Notes under the pieces: generated by a model | The model's input: the letters and a program-made list of their open reading frames with translations, nothing else | The model's database searches: none | What the model was told of the DNA's origin: nothing | Made by a program: the position numbers and the translations under genes | In this document: positions 30,184 to 39,142 of the stretch, in pieces | Numbering within the stretch: position 1 is the first letter of the stretch | How the letters are laid out: each line of letters begins with the position of its first letter | From: Planctomycetota bacterium | GTDB lineage: Bacteria > Planctomycetota > PLA2 | DNA length: 64,000 nt | Direction: 5' to 3' | NCBI GenBank assembly: GCA_027297745.1 | Contig: JAPUHK010000024.1 | Coordinates: 994-64,993, forward strand

Positions 30184-30674
30184 TGAATCGCGAGGCACGC
30201 ATCACCTACTTGAACCGCGTACTGGCGGCGACGTCGAACTCGCTCTTGCAGTACATCTCTGTGGCCACGCCGTACGTGCCGCCCGAGTGCGAGGACCAGA
30301 TGGAAGAGGTCACGCGCCTGATCGACGAGGAAGCGCAGCAGGTCGCGCGCATCGTGGATCTGATCGAGGAGCGCGACGGCGTGCCGTCGGCGGGCATCTT
30401 CCCGTTCTGGAACGTCGACCTGAACTACCTCGACTTCCGCTTCCTGGCGCGCTTCGCCGCACAGAAGCAGGGCGAGATCGTGGACGGGCTCGAGCGCGAC
30501 CTCGACAACCTGCGCGGCGACCCCGACGCCTTCACCGCGGTGGGGGAGATCCTGAAAGAGAAGCGCGCGCACCTCGACGTGCTGCGCTCGTTCGCCGGCA
30601 TGGATCAGCCGGAACCCGAAGCCGCCGCGGAAGAAGCTCCCGCCGAAGCGCCCGCCGAACCCGCAGGCGAGTAG
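30183..30674 (+). CDS. Uncharacterised 163-aa helical protein translationally coupled to nuoN
   Basis: The ATG shares one base with the nuoN TGA (TGATG). MNREARITYLNRVLAATSNSLLQYISVATPYV... is followed by an acidic A/E/P tail. No TM helix or signal peptide is visible. Confidence 0.7.
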   Translation: MNREARITYLNRVLAATSNSLLQYISVATPYVPPECEDQMEEVTRLIDEEAQQVARIVDLIEERDGVPSAGIFPFWNVDLNYLDFRFLARFAAQKQGEIVDGLERDLDNLRGDPDAFTAVGEILKEKRAHLDVLRSFAGMDQPEPEAAAEEAPAEAPAEPAGE

Positions 30675-30682
30675 CCGAGCTC

Positions 30683-32320
30683 CTAGCCTGACCCTGGCGG
30701 CTTGATGCCGGCCCACCGCTCCAGGTAGGGCAGCACGACCTCACTCACCTCTTCCCGCGGGCGGCTGCCGAGGTAGCGTGCCGCCTCGCGCGAGCCCGCC
30801 TCGGGGTCGATCTGCACGAGCGCGCCGATGGCGAAGAACTGATCCCCGGCCCTCGGATGGGCGAGGAAGTCGAGCAGGATCCGTTCCGCCCTTGGGCCGC
30901 CCATCTTGCCCAGCGCGCCCAGAAGATACGGCCGCACGCCGTCCCACCCGGGGCGCAGCAGCTTGTCCTCGAAGTGAGGCGCGCCCGCGGGCTCCCGCAG
31001 TTCCCCAAGCGCGCCGGCGGCGCTATAGAAGAGACCGGCGTCCTCCGACTCCGCGACGAGGTCGAGCAGGTAGCGGCGCGTCTCCGGCGTGTCCGCAGCG
31101 CCCATGGCGCGCAGGATCGTGTAGCGCGCGGAGCGGGGGAATGCCGGATCACCGGCCGCCGTGATGAGGTGCGCCTCGTACCCGGGCGACCAGGCCTCGC
31201 GCAGGAGGCGCTCGAACCACGCGCCTTGCCTGCCTCCGCGCAGCAAGGCCAGCAGCGCGAGCAAGCCCTGCTCGCCGTGGCCGTTCAGCTTCTCGATGGC
31301 TTCGAGCGCCTCCTCGTCCAGCTTGTCTTGCTGATGCTGGTTGCGCACGGCCTCCTCTGCCTCGAGCGCTGCCTGGAGCGCCGGCGCGGGGACCTTCAAG
31401 GCCGCCGCGGCGCGCTGAAGCTTCGAGTCCCGCGTGCGCGGGCGGCCGCGCTGCTTGGCCGCTTGCTGTTTTGCAACCGGCCTCTCAGCCGAGGCGGCAC
31501 GCGCGGCGGCGAGCTGCTCGACTAGAACACGTTCGCGCTCCCGCGCCGCCTCCAGTTCCCGGTGCAGGTCAGGGCCGTGCGGCGCGCGCGCGACCCGCTG
31601 CGCCGGCTCCGCGTCCGACCTTCCGGGCAACGCGGCGCCAATGCCCACGCCGACGATTCCCGTGGCGGCGACGGCGGCGGTAACGATGGCGGCGGTCTTG
31701 TACTTCATGACTTCTCCAAGGATGAGCTGGGACGACGCGTGCGCGCAGTCGGCCAGGAACCAGGGCACCGCGAGCAGGGGAAGGGCGAGCCAGGGTGCGA
31801 GCGAGCCGAGCAGGAGCGTGCGCGCACGCTGGAGCCGCTTCTTGACGGCGGACTGCGTAATGCCGAGCAGCCCGGCTACCTCGTTTGTCGTGAGCCCTTC
31901 GAAGTAGTGCAGCACGACCGGGTCGCGGTAGCCTGCCGCAAGCCGGTCCACGCCGTCGCGCAGGCGACGGAACTCCTCGGCGCGCATGGCCGCCGCCGCG
32001 GGCGTCGGCGCCTGCGGCAAGTGTGCGAGCCGCCGGGAAAGCTCGTGTTGCCGCCGGTGTTGCGCCTTGTGCCGGTACGCGATGCGCACGACCGCCGTGA
32101 CGAGCCAGGGCATGACCGGGGCGTCGAGCGGCCCCCCGCGTTTGTGCAGTAGCGAGAGGTAGGCGGTGTGGACCGCGTCCTCAGCCTCGTCCGGCGAGCC
32201 GATGCGGCGCGCCACCGCGAGCAGCTTCGGCCGCGTCCGGCGCACGACCTCCTCGGCCGCCTCCTCGTCCGCGTCCCGCAGGTAGCGGTCGACGAGATCT
32301 TCCAGCGTCTCCCTGGCCAT
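30683..32320 (-). CDS. ECF sigma factor fused in-frame to hydrophobic segments, a coiled-coil and a HEAT-like repeat region
   Basis: Sigma region 2 (DEAEDAVHTAYLSLLHKR...WLVTAVVRIAYRH) and region 4 (YFEGLTTNEVAGLLGITQSAVKKRLQRARTLL) are present. Next come APWLALPLLAVPWFLA and TAAIVTAAVAATGIVGVGIGAAL, then ~300 aa with HEAT-like repeats. No stop codon occurs anywhere in between. Confidence 0.75.
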   Translation of the reverse strand: MARETLEDLVDRYLRDADEEAAEEVVRRTRPKLLAVARRIGSPDEAEDAVHTAYLSLLHKRGGPLDAPVMPWLVTAVVRIAYRHKAQHRRQHELSRRLAHLPQAPTPAAAAMRAEEFRRLRDGVDRLAAGYRDPVVLHYFEGLTTNEVAGLLGITQSAVKKRLQRARTLLLGSLAPWLALPLLAVPWFLADCAHASSQLILGEVMKYKTAAIVTAAVAATGIVGVGIGAALPGRSDAEPAQRVARAPHGPDLHRELEAARERERVLVEQLAAARAASAERPVAKQQAAKQRGRPRTRDSKLQRAAAALKVPAPALQAALEAEEAVRNQHQQDKLDEEALEAIEKLNGHGEQGLLALLALLRGGRQGAWFERLLREAWSPGYEAHLITAAGDPAFPRSARYTILRAMGAADTPETRRYLLDLVAESEDAGLFYSAAGALGELREPAGAPHFEDKLLRPGWDGVRPYLLGALGKMGGPRAERILLDFLAHPRAGDQFFAIGALVQIDPEAGSREAARYLGSRPREEVSEVVLPYLERWAGIKPPGSG

Positions 32321-32418
32321 GGCACCCCCATAGTGCCTGCCGCGGGCGCGCGGTGACACACGTTAAGGGTCGCCTCCCCGGGCCGGACGCCGCGAGGCGA
32401 AGTCCAAGGGGCTAGGAG

Positions 32419-33474
32419 CTACGCGTCCCAGGTCAGGTTGACGGTGCCGGCGGATGCGGAGGCGAGCTCGTCGAGGCGCGCCATCATCTTGTCCGCGCAG
32501 GCGGCGAAGGCCTTGGCTGGGGCGCCGTCGGGCTGCGAGAACACGATCGGCGTGCCCTCGTCGCCGCTGGGCGTGATCGACGTGTCGATCGGAAAGCTGC
32601 CGAGCAGCGGCAAGTTGAACTTCTTGGCTGCCTTCTCCCCCGCGCCCTGCAGGAAGATGTGCGTCTCGTGGCCGCACTCGGGGCAGACGAAGCCGGCCAT
32701 GTTCTCGATCACGCCCGTCACCGGCACGCGCACCGACTGGAACATCTCGACCGCCTTCTCGACGTCGAGCAGCGCCACGTCCTGCGGCGTCGTGACCACC
32801 AACGCGCCCGACAGCGGCACGGTCTGCGCCAGGCTCAAGACCGCGTCACCGGTGCCCGGCGGCAGGTCGACCACAAGCAGGTCGAGCTCGCCCCACGCGA
32901 CGTTGGTCAACAGTTGCGTGACCATGCGCCCGACCAGTGGGCCGCGCCAGACGACGGCTTGCTGGCCCGGAGGCGTCAGGAAGGCGATCGAGATCACCTT
33001 CAGGCCGTGCGCGTTGGCGGGGATCACGCGCCGCTGCTCGTCGGCGGCCGCGCGGTGGTTGCGCGTGCCCGTCATGATGGCCGCGCTCGGCCCGTGGATG
33101 TCCGCGTCCAAGAGGCCGATCTTGAGCCCCTTGCGCACGAGCGCCGCGGCCAGGTTGACGGCGACGGTGGACTTGCCCACGCCGCCCTTGCCGCTGCCCA
33201 CGGCCAGAATGCGCTTCACGCCCTCGAGCGGCGCCGGTCCCTGCGGAGCGTCGGCCTGCGCCGGCGCCTGGAACGCTACGAACACTTCTTTCACACCGTC
33301 CAGCGTGCCGACGCGCCGCTTCACCTCTTCGGCGAAGCCCGGCTTCTGTCCCATGGGGACGTCGGTCACGACGCTGACCGTGATCCGGCCCTCCGATTCC
33401 TTGATCTCGGGGACCTGCTCGGGCTTGAGGATGTCCGCCAGCGTGGAGCGGACCTGCTCGATGCGCGTCTTCAT
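32419..33474 (-). CDS. apbC: Mrp/ApbC/NBP35-family ATP-binding Fe-S cluster carrier
   Basis: Internal ATG gives MKTRIEQV. It has an N-terminal DUF59-like part, the deviant Walker A GSGKGGVGKST and CPECGHE. Confidence 0.9.
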   Translation of the reverse strand: MKTRIEQVRSTLADILKPEQVPEIKESEGRITVSVVTDVPMGQKPGFAEEVKRRVGTLDGVKEVFVAFQAPAQADAPQGPAPLEGVKRILAVGSGKGGVGKSTVAVNLAAALVRKGLKIGLLDADIHGPSAAIMTGTRNHRAAADEQRRVIPANAHGLKVISIAFLTPPGQQAVVWRGPLVGRMVTQLLTNVAWGELDLLVVDLPPGTGDAVLSLAQTVPLSGALVVTTPQDVALLDVEKAVEMFQSVRVPVTGVIENMAGFVCPECGHETHIFLQGAGEKAAKKFNLPLLGSFPIDTSITPSGDEGTPIVFSQPDGAPAKAFAACADKMMARLDELASASAGTVNLTWDA

Positions 33475-34298
33475 CAGATGGTGACCTCCTCGCCCTTGCC
33501 GAACCCGCCCTCCTCGACGACGCGGCAGGCCGTGCAATTCACGTCGTGCTCGAAGAAGAGCGTCCAGCCCTCACGCGCGGCCTGCGACAGGATGCGCTGC
33601 TTCTCCTCCAGCGTCGACAGAGGGTTGTTGTCGTAGGCCATCACATACGGCAGCCGCAGGTGCGTCGTCGTCGGCACCAGGTCGGCCGTGTAGAGCAGCG
33701 TCTGTTCCCCGTCGCTCAGCTTCGGCAGCTGCATGCCGGGCGTGTGCCCGTCGACGACCACGACTTCGAGCCCGTCGTCCAACTTCCCGGGGCCGTCCAT
33801 CAGCCGAAAGCGGCCTTCGCGGTACAGCGGCAGGAAGTCGTCGGGGCGGAAGCTCCCGCGGTCCTTGGCCGTGGGGTCGCGCGCCCATTCCAGCTGCGAG
33901 CGCTGCACGTGGTAGCGCGCGCGCGGGAAGGTGGGGGAGCCGTCGGTGCGCGTGGCGCCGCCGGCGTGGTCGAAGTGCAGGTGCGTCAGCAGCACGTCCG
34001 TGATGCCGTCCGGATCGACGTCGGCCGCGCGCAGCGCCTCGTCGGGCATCATCCCGTCGTAGGCGTAGATGGCGTTCTTCTTGGCGTCGAACTTGTCACC
34101 GAGGCCCGTATCCACGAGCCACGTGCGCTCCGGTCCGCGCAAGACCAGCAGGCGCGCGCACATGGCGATGCGGTTGTGGTCGTCGGGCGGGTTGGTGCCC
34201 GCCCACAGCACCCGCGGCACGACTCCGAACATGGCGCCCCCGTCCAGGCCGAACGTCCCGGCTTGCACTGCGATCACTTCGTACGCGCCGATTCTCAT
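33474..34298 (-). CDS. MBL-fold metallo-hydrolase
   Basis: THLHFDHAGG and later VDGHTPG. The stop shares a base with the mrp ATG. Confidence 0.85.
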   Translation of the reverse strand: MRIGAYEVIAVQAGTFGLDGGAMFGVVPRVLWAGTNPPDDHNRIAMCARLLVLRGPERTWLVDTGLGDKFDAKKNAIYAYDGMMPDEALRAADVDPDGITDVLLTHLHFDHAGGATRTDGSPTFPRARYHVQRSQLEWARDPTAKDRGSFRPDDFLPLYREGRFRLMDGPGKLDDGLEVVVVDGHTPGMQLPKLSDGEQTLLYTADLVPTTTHLRLPYVMAYDNNPLSTLEEKQRILSQAAREGWTLFFEHDVNCTACRVVEEGGFGKGEEVTI

Positions 34299-34398
34299 GG
34301 GGGACACATTCTCTCAGCATGCTCAAACTCTCCCCCGTGCGCGTCGGGCTCGGGCACGTGTGGCGGACTCGGACTCGGGCTCGGGTTGGGCGGGGAGG

Positions 34399-35853
34399 TC
34401 AGTCCACCAGGATCCGCACCACCCGGCGGGAGTGCGGACCGCCCGCCTCGCCGACGCCGCCCATGAGCAGGATCGAGCCGTCCAGCGGCTTCTCGGAGAC
34501 GTGCCCCGCGAACGGCACGGGCAGGCGCGGGCTGAAGATGTAGTGCACGCGCGCGTCGGGAATGGGACCCGGCAGATACTCGACGATCTCGCACGAATCC
34601 AGCGCGGGGTCGCCCGGCAACGCGACATTGAAGCCGCCCACGGCCAGGAACAGGTTCGGGCCGATGGACGAGAACGTGTGCTCCCCGCGGCGCTCGAAGA
34701 ACAGCTCCGTCGCGAAGTAGGTGAAGCCCACCCGCGAGTCGACGATGGAGACCGTGCGCTGGTCGCCCGACGCCACGAGCAGCCGGTCGCTGCTGAGCTG
34801 GACGGCCGCGGCGCGCCAGCGGAAGGCGCCCTCGTTGTGGGACGCGAGATGCACTCCATCGTAGAAGGCCCCGATGCCTTGCAGGTTGCCCACGCCGATG
34901 TAGGTGATGTCGAAGTTCATCTGCACCTGTACGTGCTGCGCGGTGGGCACGGTGAGCTGGCCCACGGGAATCCACGTCGCGCCGATGAGCCGCTCCACGC
35001 TCGCAATGGGCGCGCCTCCCGCGCCGAAGCCGCCCGAGACCAACACGTGCTCGGCGCCGAACAGCGGGCTGGCGGCGTGCCAGCGCCGGGCTTCGAGCAT
35101 GGGGGGCGCGGGCGTGAAGGTCTCCGTCGCGGGATCGTAGTACTCGGTGGTTGCCAGCGGCGGCCCGCCCACCGTGCTGATTCCGCCGGCGATCAGCACG
35201 CGGCCGTCGCGCAGCACCGTGACCGTGTGTTCGGCGCGCGGCTCCAGCATGGTCGAGTTGGCGAAGCGGAACGTGCTCGTCGCCTCGTCGTAGATCTCGA
35301 CCGTGTCGGTCGCCGTCTGCGCGTCGCTGTAGCCGCCGAAGACCATGATCACGCCGTTGATCGACAGCGAGCGCGCCCGGAAGCGGCCCACAAGCAGCCT
35401 CTCGCCCAGGTCGACGATCTGATCCGGCCGCAGCGTCGGGGTGGGGTTGTCGGTGATGAAGGTGAAGACGTAGTCCGCGCCGAGCGCTTCGCCGCTCGCG
35501 CTCTGCACGCTCCCGCTCAAGACCACGCGGTAGACCGTGTTCTGGATGAGAGGAACGCTGGGCACGAAGCGCACCAGGACGTTGTTGCCGGCGCTCTTCT
35601 GCACGACGCCCGGCACGGGCACGCCCGCGGCCGTCTCCACGCGGAACGTATTGCCGTTCACGGACGCGAGGTTGGCGGGGATGTTGAAGATGATCGAGAT
35701 CGGCGCGCCGACGGCGACGTCTATGCCGCCCGGCGCAGGCAGGCTGCCGGTAACCGCGAAGCCGGTCCCGACGGCCGCACCGCCGTCCCCGCCTCCGCCG
35801 CCGCAAGCCGCGAGGCAGGCAACCACCACCAACCACAACACACGCACGCCCAT
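34399..35853 (-). CDS. Lipoprotein with N-terminal Ig-like domain and Kelch-type beta-propeller
   Basis: MGVRVLWLVVVACLAACGGGGG carries a lipobox. Repeats end in GG motifs (VMVFGGY, RVLIAGG, HVLVSGGFG, LFLAVGGF, SILLMGGVG). Confidence 0.75.
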   Translation of the reverse strand: MGVRVLWLVVVACLAACGGGGGDGGAAVGTGFAVTGSLPAPGGIDVAVGAPISIIFNIPANLASVNGNTFRVETAAGVPVPGVVQKSAGNNVLVRFVPSVPLIQNTVYRVVLSGSVQSASGEALGADYVFTFITDNPTPTLRPDQIVDLGERLLVGRFRARSLSINGVIMVFGGYSDAQTATDTVEIYDEATSTFRFANSTMLEPRAEHTVTVLRDGRVLIAGGISTVGGPPLATTEYYDPATETFTPAPPMLEARRWHAASPLFGAEHVLVSGGFGAGGAPIASVERLIGATWIPVGQLTVPTAQHVQVQMNFDITYIGVGNLQGIGAFYDGVHLASHNEGAFRWRAAAVQLSSDRLLVASGDQRTVSIVDSRVGFTYFATELFFERRGEHTFSSIGPNLFLAVGGFNVALPGDPALDSCEIVEYLPGPIPDARVHYIFSPRLPVPFAGHVSEKPLDGSILLMGGVGEAGGPHSRRVVRILVD

Positions 35854-35920
35854 ACGTGCTCCAGTCTTCAGGCCCAACCGGCAGCCATCCTACCCCGAGG
35901 CGAAGAGGGCGGGGGCGCAG

Positions 35921-36202
35921 CTATTCGTCGGCCTGCGCGGCCTCGTCTTCGGGGCGCAAGCCGGTCTCGTGGAACTCCTTGCGGGCGGCGGCGTAGGCGT
36001 CCGGGTCCAGCTCCTCCAGCACGAAGGCGTCGGGGTCCCTGGCGATGCGCTCCAGGTAGGGGATGCACCAGCCGCAGCCGGTGCCCGCGTCCAGGCAGTT
36101 GCTCATTTGCGACACCCGCTGCGGCCTCTCACGGCGCGCGAAGTTCACCAGCTTACGCAGCGAGACCTTGAAGCAGTAACAGACCTTGTCGTCGAGTTGC
36201 AC
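35921..36202 (-). CDS. BFD-like [2Fe-2S]-binding domain protein
   Basis: A GTG start gives VQLDDKVCYCFKVSLRKL...GTGCGWCIP (C-x-C...C-x2-C). The remainder of the 324-aa ORF has non-coding-like composition. Confidence 0.7.
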   Translation of the reverse strand: MQLDDKVCYCFKVSLRKLVNFARRERPQRVSQMSNCLDAGTGCGWCIPYLERIARDPDAFVLEELDPDAYAAARKEFHETGLRPEDEAAQADE

Positions 36203-36338
36203 GGGCCGGGCGGCGAGTCTACCACCGTACGACCGTGCGGGAGCAGGCGCAGGACTCCAGGGCGCCTCGCGGGGCGCCGATAGTGGAATAGAATTACGGC
36301 GTCCGTTTTCGGACGGGACGGCGTTAAGCAAGGCAAGC

Positions 36339-37379
36339 ATGCGGTTCTGGCTCCCTCTTCTGTGCCTGCTCTTGGCAACGCACCCCGCCCAGGCCGGCAA
36401 GGCCGATCGCCTCGCGGGTGAAGCGCGCAAGCTGGCCGAGTCCGTCGACGAGATCTGGCAGGCATTGCTGGATGACCACGAGGAGGTCTCGGACGAGGAT
36501 CTGCAGAAGCTGATCGATGTGTCCGGCAAGGCCGCCGACTTGTACGGCGAGGTGCTGGAGCTCGAGGACCGCGCCGGCATCGACGAGCGCATCGTGCGCC
36601 TGAGCAGGCGCATCCAGGCCGCCCTGCAGCTGCGTGCGCAGCGCGCGGCCGCCGCGGGGGGCGAGGTCGACCCGACGGCGCCGCCGGAGCAGGCCGGCCC
36701 CACGGCTGCAGGGACGGCCCCGAAGCCGCCCGGCTCCGGGGTCAGCGAGCGGGACCGCCAGCGGCAGGAACGCGGCACGCGCACGCAGAAGCTGCCGCCG
36801 ACGACGGCGGAGGCCTTCGCCAAGGTGCCGGTGCCGGAGGAGACCAGGCGGCAACAGCTGCGCCACGAGTCCGACCTGCGCAAGTTCATTCTCAACTACG
36901 CCGCCGCCCGCAGGTTAGGCACGCTCGTCACGCGTTGCACCAACTGCAACGGCTCGGGCCGCATTGGGCTCGGCAAGCGCGGCAGGGACGGCAAGGCCAT
37001 CTACCTGGCCTGCCGGCAGTGTTACGGCGAGGGCGCGCACCTGAACTCCCACGCCGCCCGCAAGGCCTTCTGGCTCTCGAAATCGCCCTACTACCGCGCC
37101 AAGGAGATCAATCGCGCCCGGTTCGAGGAGAAGCTCAAGAAGTGGGGGCGCAAGCCCACGAGCATCCGCGAGTTCCTGCGCAAGGTGAAGCTGGAGTCGG
37201 TCGAGTACCACGGCCTGTGGGCCATGGCGAGCTACACCGAGTACGTGCGCAAGGTCCATCCGCGCAAGAAGAAGCTCACGCGCGAGGTGAACGCGTACTT
37301 CATCCGCATCGGCCGGCGCTGGTTCTTCTTCGACGCGCGCGCGGATCGCGAGTTCCTGGAAGCGCACACGCCGCACTAG
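36339..37379 (+). CDS. Secreted protein with DnaJ-type CxxCxGxG zinc-finger pair
   Basis: MRFWLPLLCLLLATHPAQA signal peptide and a coiled-coil/low-complexity middle. It then has CTNCNGSGRIG...CRQCYGEG. Confidence 0.7.
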   Translation: MRFWLPLLCLLLATHPAQAGKADRLAGEARKLAESVDEIWQALLDDHEEVSDEDLQKLIDVSGKAADLYGEVLELEDRAGIDERIVRLSRRIQAALQLRAQRAAAAGGEVDPTAPPEQAGPTAAGTAPKPPGSGVSERDRQRQERGTRTQKLPPTTAEAFAKVPVPEETRRQQLRHESDLRKFILNYAAARRLGTLVTRCTNCNGSGRIGLGKRGRDGKAIYLACRQCYGEGAHLNSHAARKAFWLSKSPYYRAKEINRARFEEKLKKWGRKPTSIREFLRKVKLESVEYHGLWAMASYTEYVRKVHPRKKKLTREVNAYFIRIGRRWFFFDARADREFLEAHTPH

Positions 37380-37417
37380 GCGCTCGGGCCTCGGCGGCCC
37401 TGGTTATCGGACGCTGC

Positions 37418-37447
37418 TTGCGCGGGCTCCTGCGATCCTTGTAGAAT
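37418..37447 (+). promoter_or_regulatory. Candidate sigma70-type promoter in the convergent spacer
   Basis: TTGCGC (37418-37423), 18 nt, TAGAAT (37442-37447). Confidence 0.25.
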
Positions 37448-37532
37448 CCGCGCGGCCGGACGATTCACCCCTTCTGGTGAGGGCGAACGGACTGAGAATA
37501 GGGGTGATGGTGTCAAGGGCCTGAGAACGGAA

Positions 37533-37578
37533 GGGGGAGCGCGTTCCGGCGAGGAGGCTTGCGCCGGGCTCCCCCTTT
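37533..37578 (+). terminator. Candidate plus-strand hairpin terminator
   Basis: GGGGGAGC...CCGGCG-loop-CGCCGG...GCTCCCCC, followed by TTT. Confidence 0.4.
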
Positions 37579-37580
37579 CC

Positions 37581-37614
37581 CACAAAAGAAAACGCGCCGG
37601 AAGTCCGGCGCGTT
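37581..37614 (-). terminator. Rho-independent terminator of the EEP-family gene
   Basis: Minus-strand stem AACGCGCCGG-ACTT-CCGGCGCGTT, followed by TTTTCTTTTG. It begins 23 nt after the stop at 37637. Confidence 0.75.
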
Positions 37615-37636
37615 CCTCTTTCGGTCGCGGTGAACG

Positions 37637-38665
37637 CTAGTCGTTGTCGGTCTCGGGCACGCGCAGCGTGATCCATACCGGGCGATGGTCGCTGACCGCG
37701 CGGGCCGCCGCCGCATCGTTGCCGCCGTAGATCGTCTCGTCGAACTTGCGCGTTCCGGACGTTCCGGTCCACTCCGTCGTGTGCTTCGGATGGATGAAGA
37801 TCTGATCGAAGTTGGTGCGTCCCCGCACGCCGGTGAACGTCAGGTCGTCGACGGTCGGCCTCAGGCCGGAGTTTTGGAGCAGCGCCTCGAAGGCCGGGTC
37901 GCCGCTGTCCAACTTGAAGTCGCCCATCAGGATCACGTCGCGGTCACCGGGCGTCGCCGCCTGGATACGGTCCCAGGCCGCGGCCAGCGCGCTCACCTCG
38001 GCCTTGCAGTGCGCCAGCGTGTGGCCGGGGTAGATGTGCACGGCCGCCAGCGTGAAGTCGAAGCCGCCGCCGGTCGTGAAGCCGGCGAAGACTACGTCGC
38101 GCGTCAGCTCGTTGTCCGGGTCGGCATCGACCTTCAGCCCGCCGGCCATGCGGATCGCGGAGGAATCCCACAGGAGCCCGATGCGCTGCCGGTGGCCACT
38201 GGCCTCTCCCAGCTCCGGGCTGGCCGCATGTTTCCAGGAGGAGCCGAACTCGCTCGCCAGGCGCTCCAGCGACTGCTCGCTGCGGACACCCGCCAGAACC
38301 ACGATCTGCATGCCCTCGACGGTCCGGGCGATGGCGCTGCGCGCTTCCGCGCTGCTCATGCGCTGCACGTTCCACCACATGACGCTCACGGTCGGGCCCG
38401 GAGTGGGCTGCGAGGGCAAGACCACCTTGGGGGTGGGCTGCACTTTGGCCACCGGCTCCACCCCGGCCACGGGCTCTTCCCGAGGGGGCGGGGTCATGAC
38501 CGTGGCCGGCGTCGGCTCTTCCGTGGGGACGTCCCTGATCATGGGGACAGCGCCGGGCTCGCCCGCCACGGCGGTGCCGAGGGTCGGCTCACGGTAGTCG
38601 GGGCCGGTCCCCTGGCAGGCCGCCAAAGCAGCGGCCAAGGCGGCGGCGACGAAGACTCTGGGCAT
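37637..38665 (-). CDS. Endonuclease/exonuclease/phosphatase (EEP) family lipoprotein
   Basis: MPRVFVAAALAAALAACQG carries a lipobox. Also VMWWNVQRM...ILMGDFKLD...SDHRPVWITL. Confidence 0.8.
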   Translation of the reverse strand: MPRVFVAAALAAALAACQGTGPDYREPTLGTAVAGEPGAVPMIRDVPTEEPTPATVMTPPPREEPVAGVEPVAKVQPTPKVVLPSQPTPGPTVSVMWWNVQRMSSAEARSAIARTVEGMQIVVLAGVRSEQSLERLASEFGSSWKHAASPELGEASGHRQRIGLLWDSSAIRMAGGLKVDADPDNELTRDVVFAGFTTGGGFDFTLAAVHIYPGHTLAHCKAEVSALAAAWDRIQAATPGDRDVILMGDFKLDSGDPAFEALLQNSGLRPTVDDLTFTGVRGRTNFDQIFIHPKHTTEWTGTSGTRKFDETIYGGNDAAAARAVSDHRPVWITLRVPETDND

Positions 38666-39142
38666 GTTCTCCTCCTAGCTTGGGCTAGTGTCGCCACGGC
38701 CGCTGGTGGCGTCCAGACCTTATTCGGCCCCTCGAGGGCGATTCGGGCCGCTTGTCCCAGAGCGACGCAACCGCCTGACAGATGGGGCCCCCTTTGTCGA
38801 TTTCGGTCGACGACGGGACCCGTCCCTGGCCTGAAAGCCGGCCTTCCAGAAGTTCGCTCTGTGGGTGTGCGGCGCCCCGCTGCGGCGGGTCCGGGCACGC
38901 CCGTTGCGGTCGGGACGCGGCAGTAATCGACGATTCCCGAGCCGGCGCTCCGCACACACCCGCAGTAGCCGCGGCTAGTGCATTCGGACGCCGGCCGGGG
39001 CGGGGCTTCGACACCTGGACGGCGGTGCGAGGGGCGCGGGCCGGGGCCCGACTTGGGGCCTTCATGCCCTAAATGCGCCAAGCGCTCGCTGACACCGCGG
39101 CCGAGATGCCTGAGAATGCATGACCAGAGAGAGGAGATCTTC

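Noticed and set aside
31600-31760. Splitting the ECF-fusion ORF into a sigma gene plus a second gene starting at MKYKTAAIV
   Set aside because: No stop codon terminates the sigma frame before that Met, so I kept a single CDS. I flagged possible sequencing error as the thing to check.
35921-36895. 324-aa ORF taken as one gene
   Set aside because: Only the last 93 aa (BFD-like domain) look coding. The upstream part is antisense to the secreted zinc-finger protein gene at 36339-37379.
38666-39142. 477-bp intergenic gap as a hidden gene, riboswitch or ncRNA
   Set aside because: The ORFs in it have non-coding composition. I could not recognise a conserved riboswitch core, only short generic hairpins.
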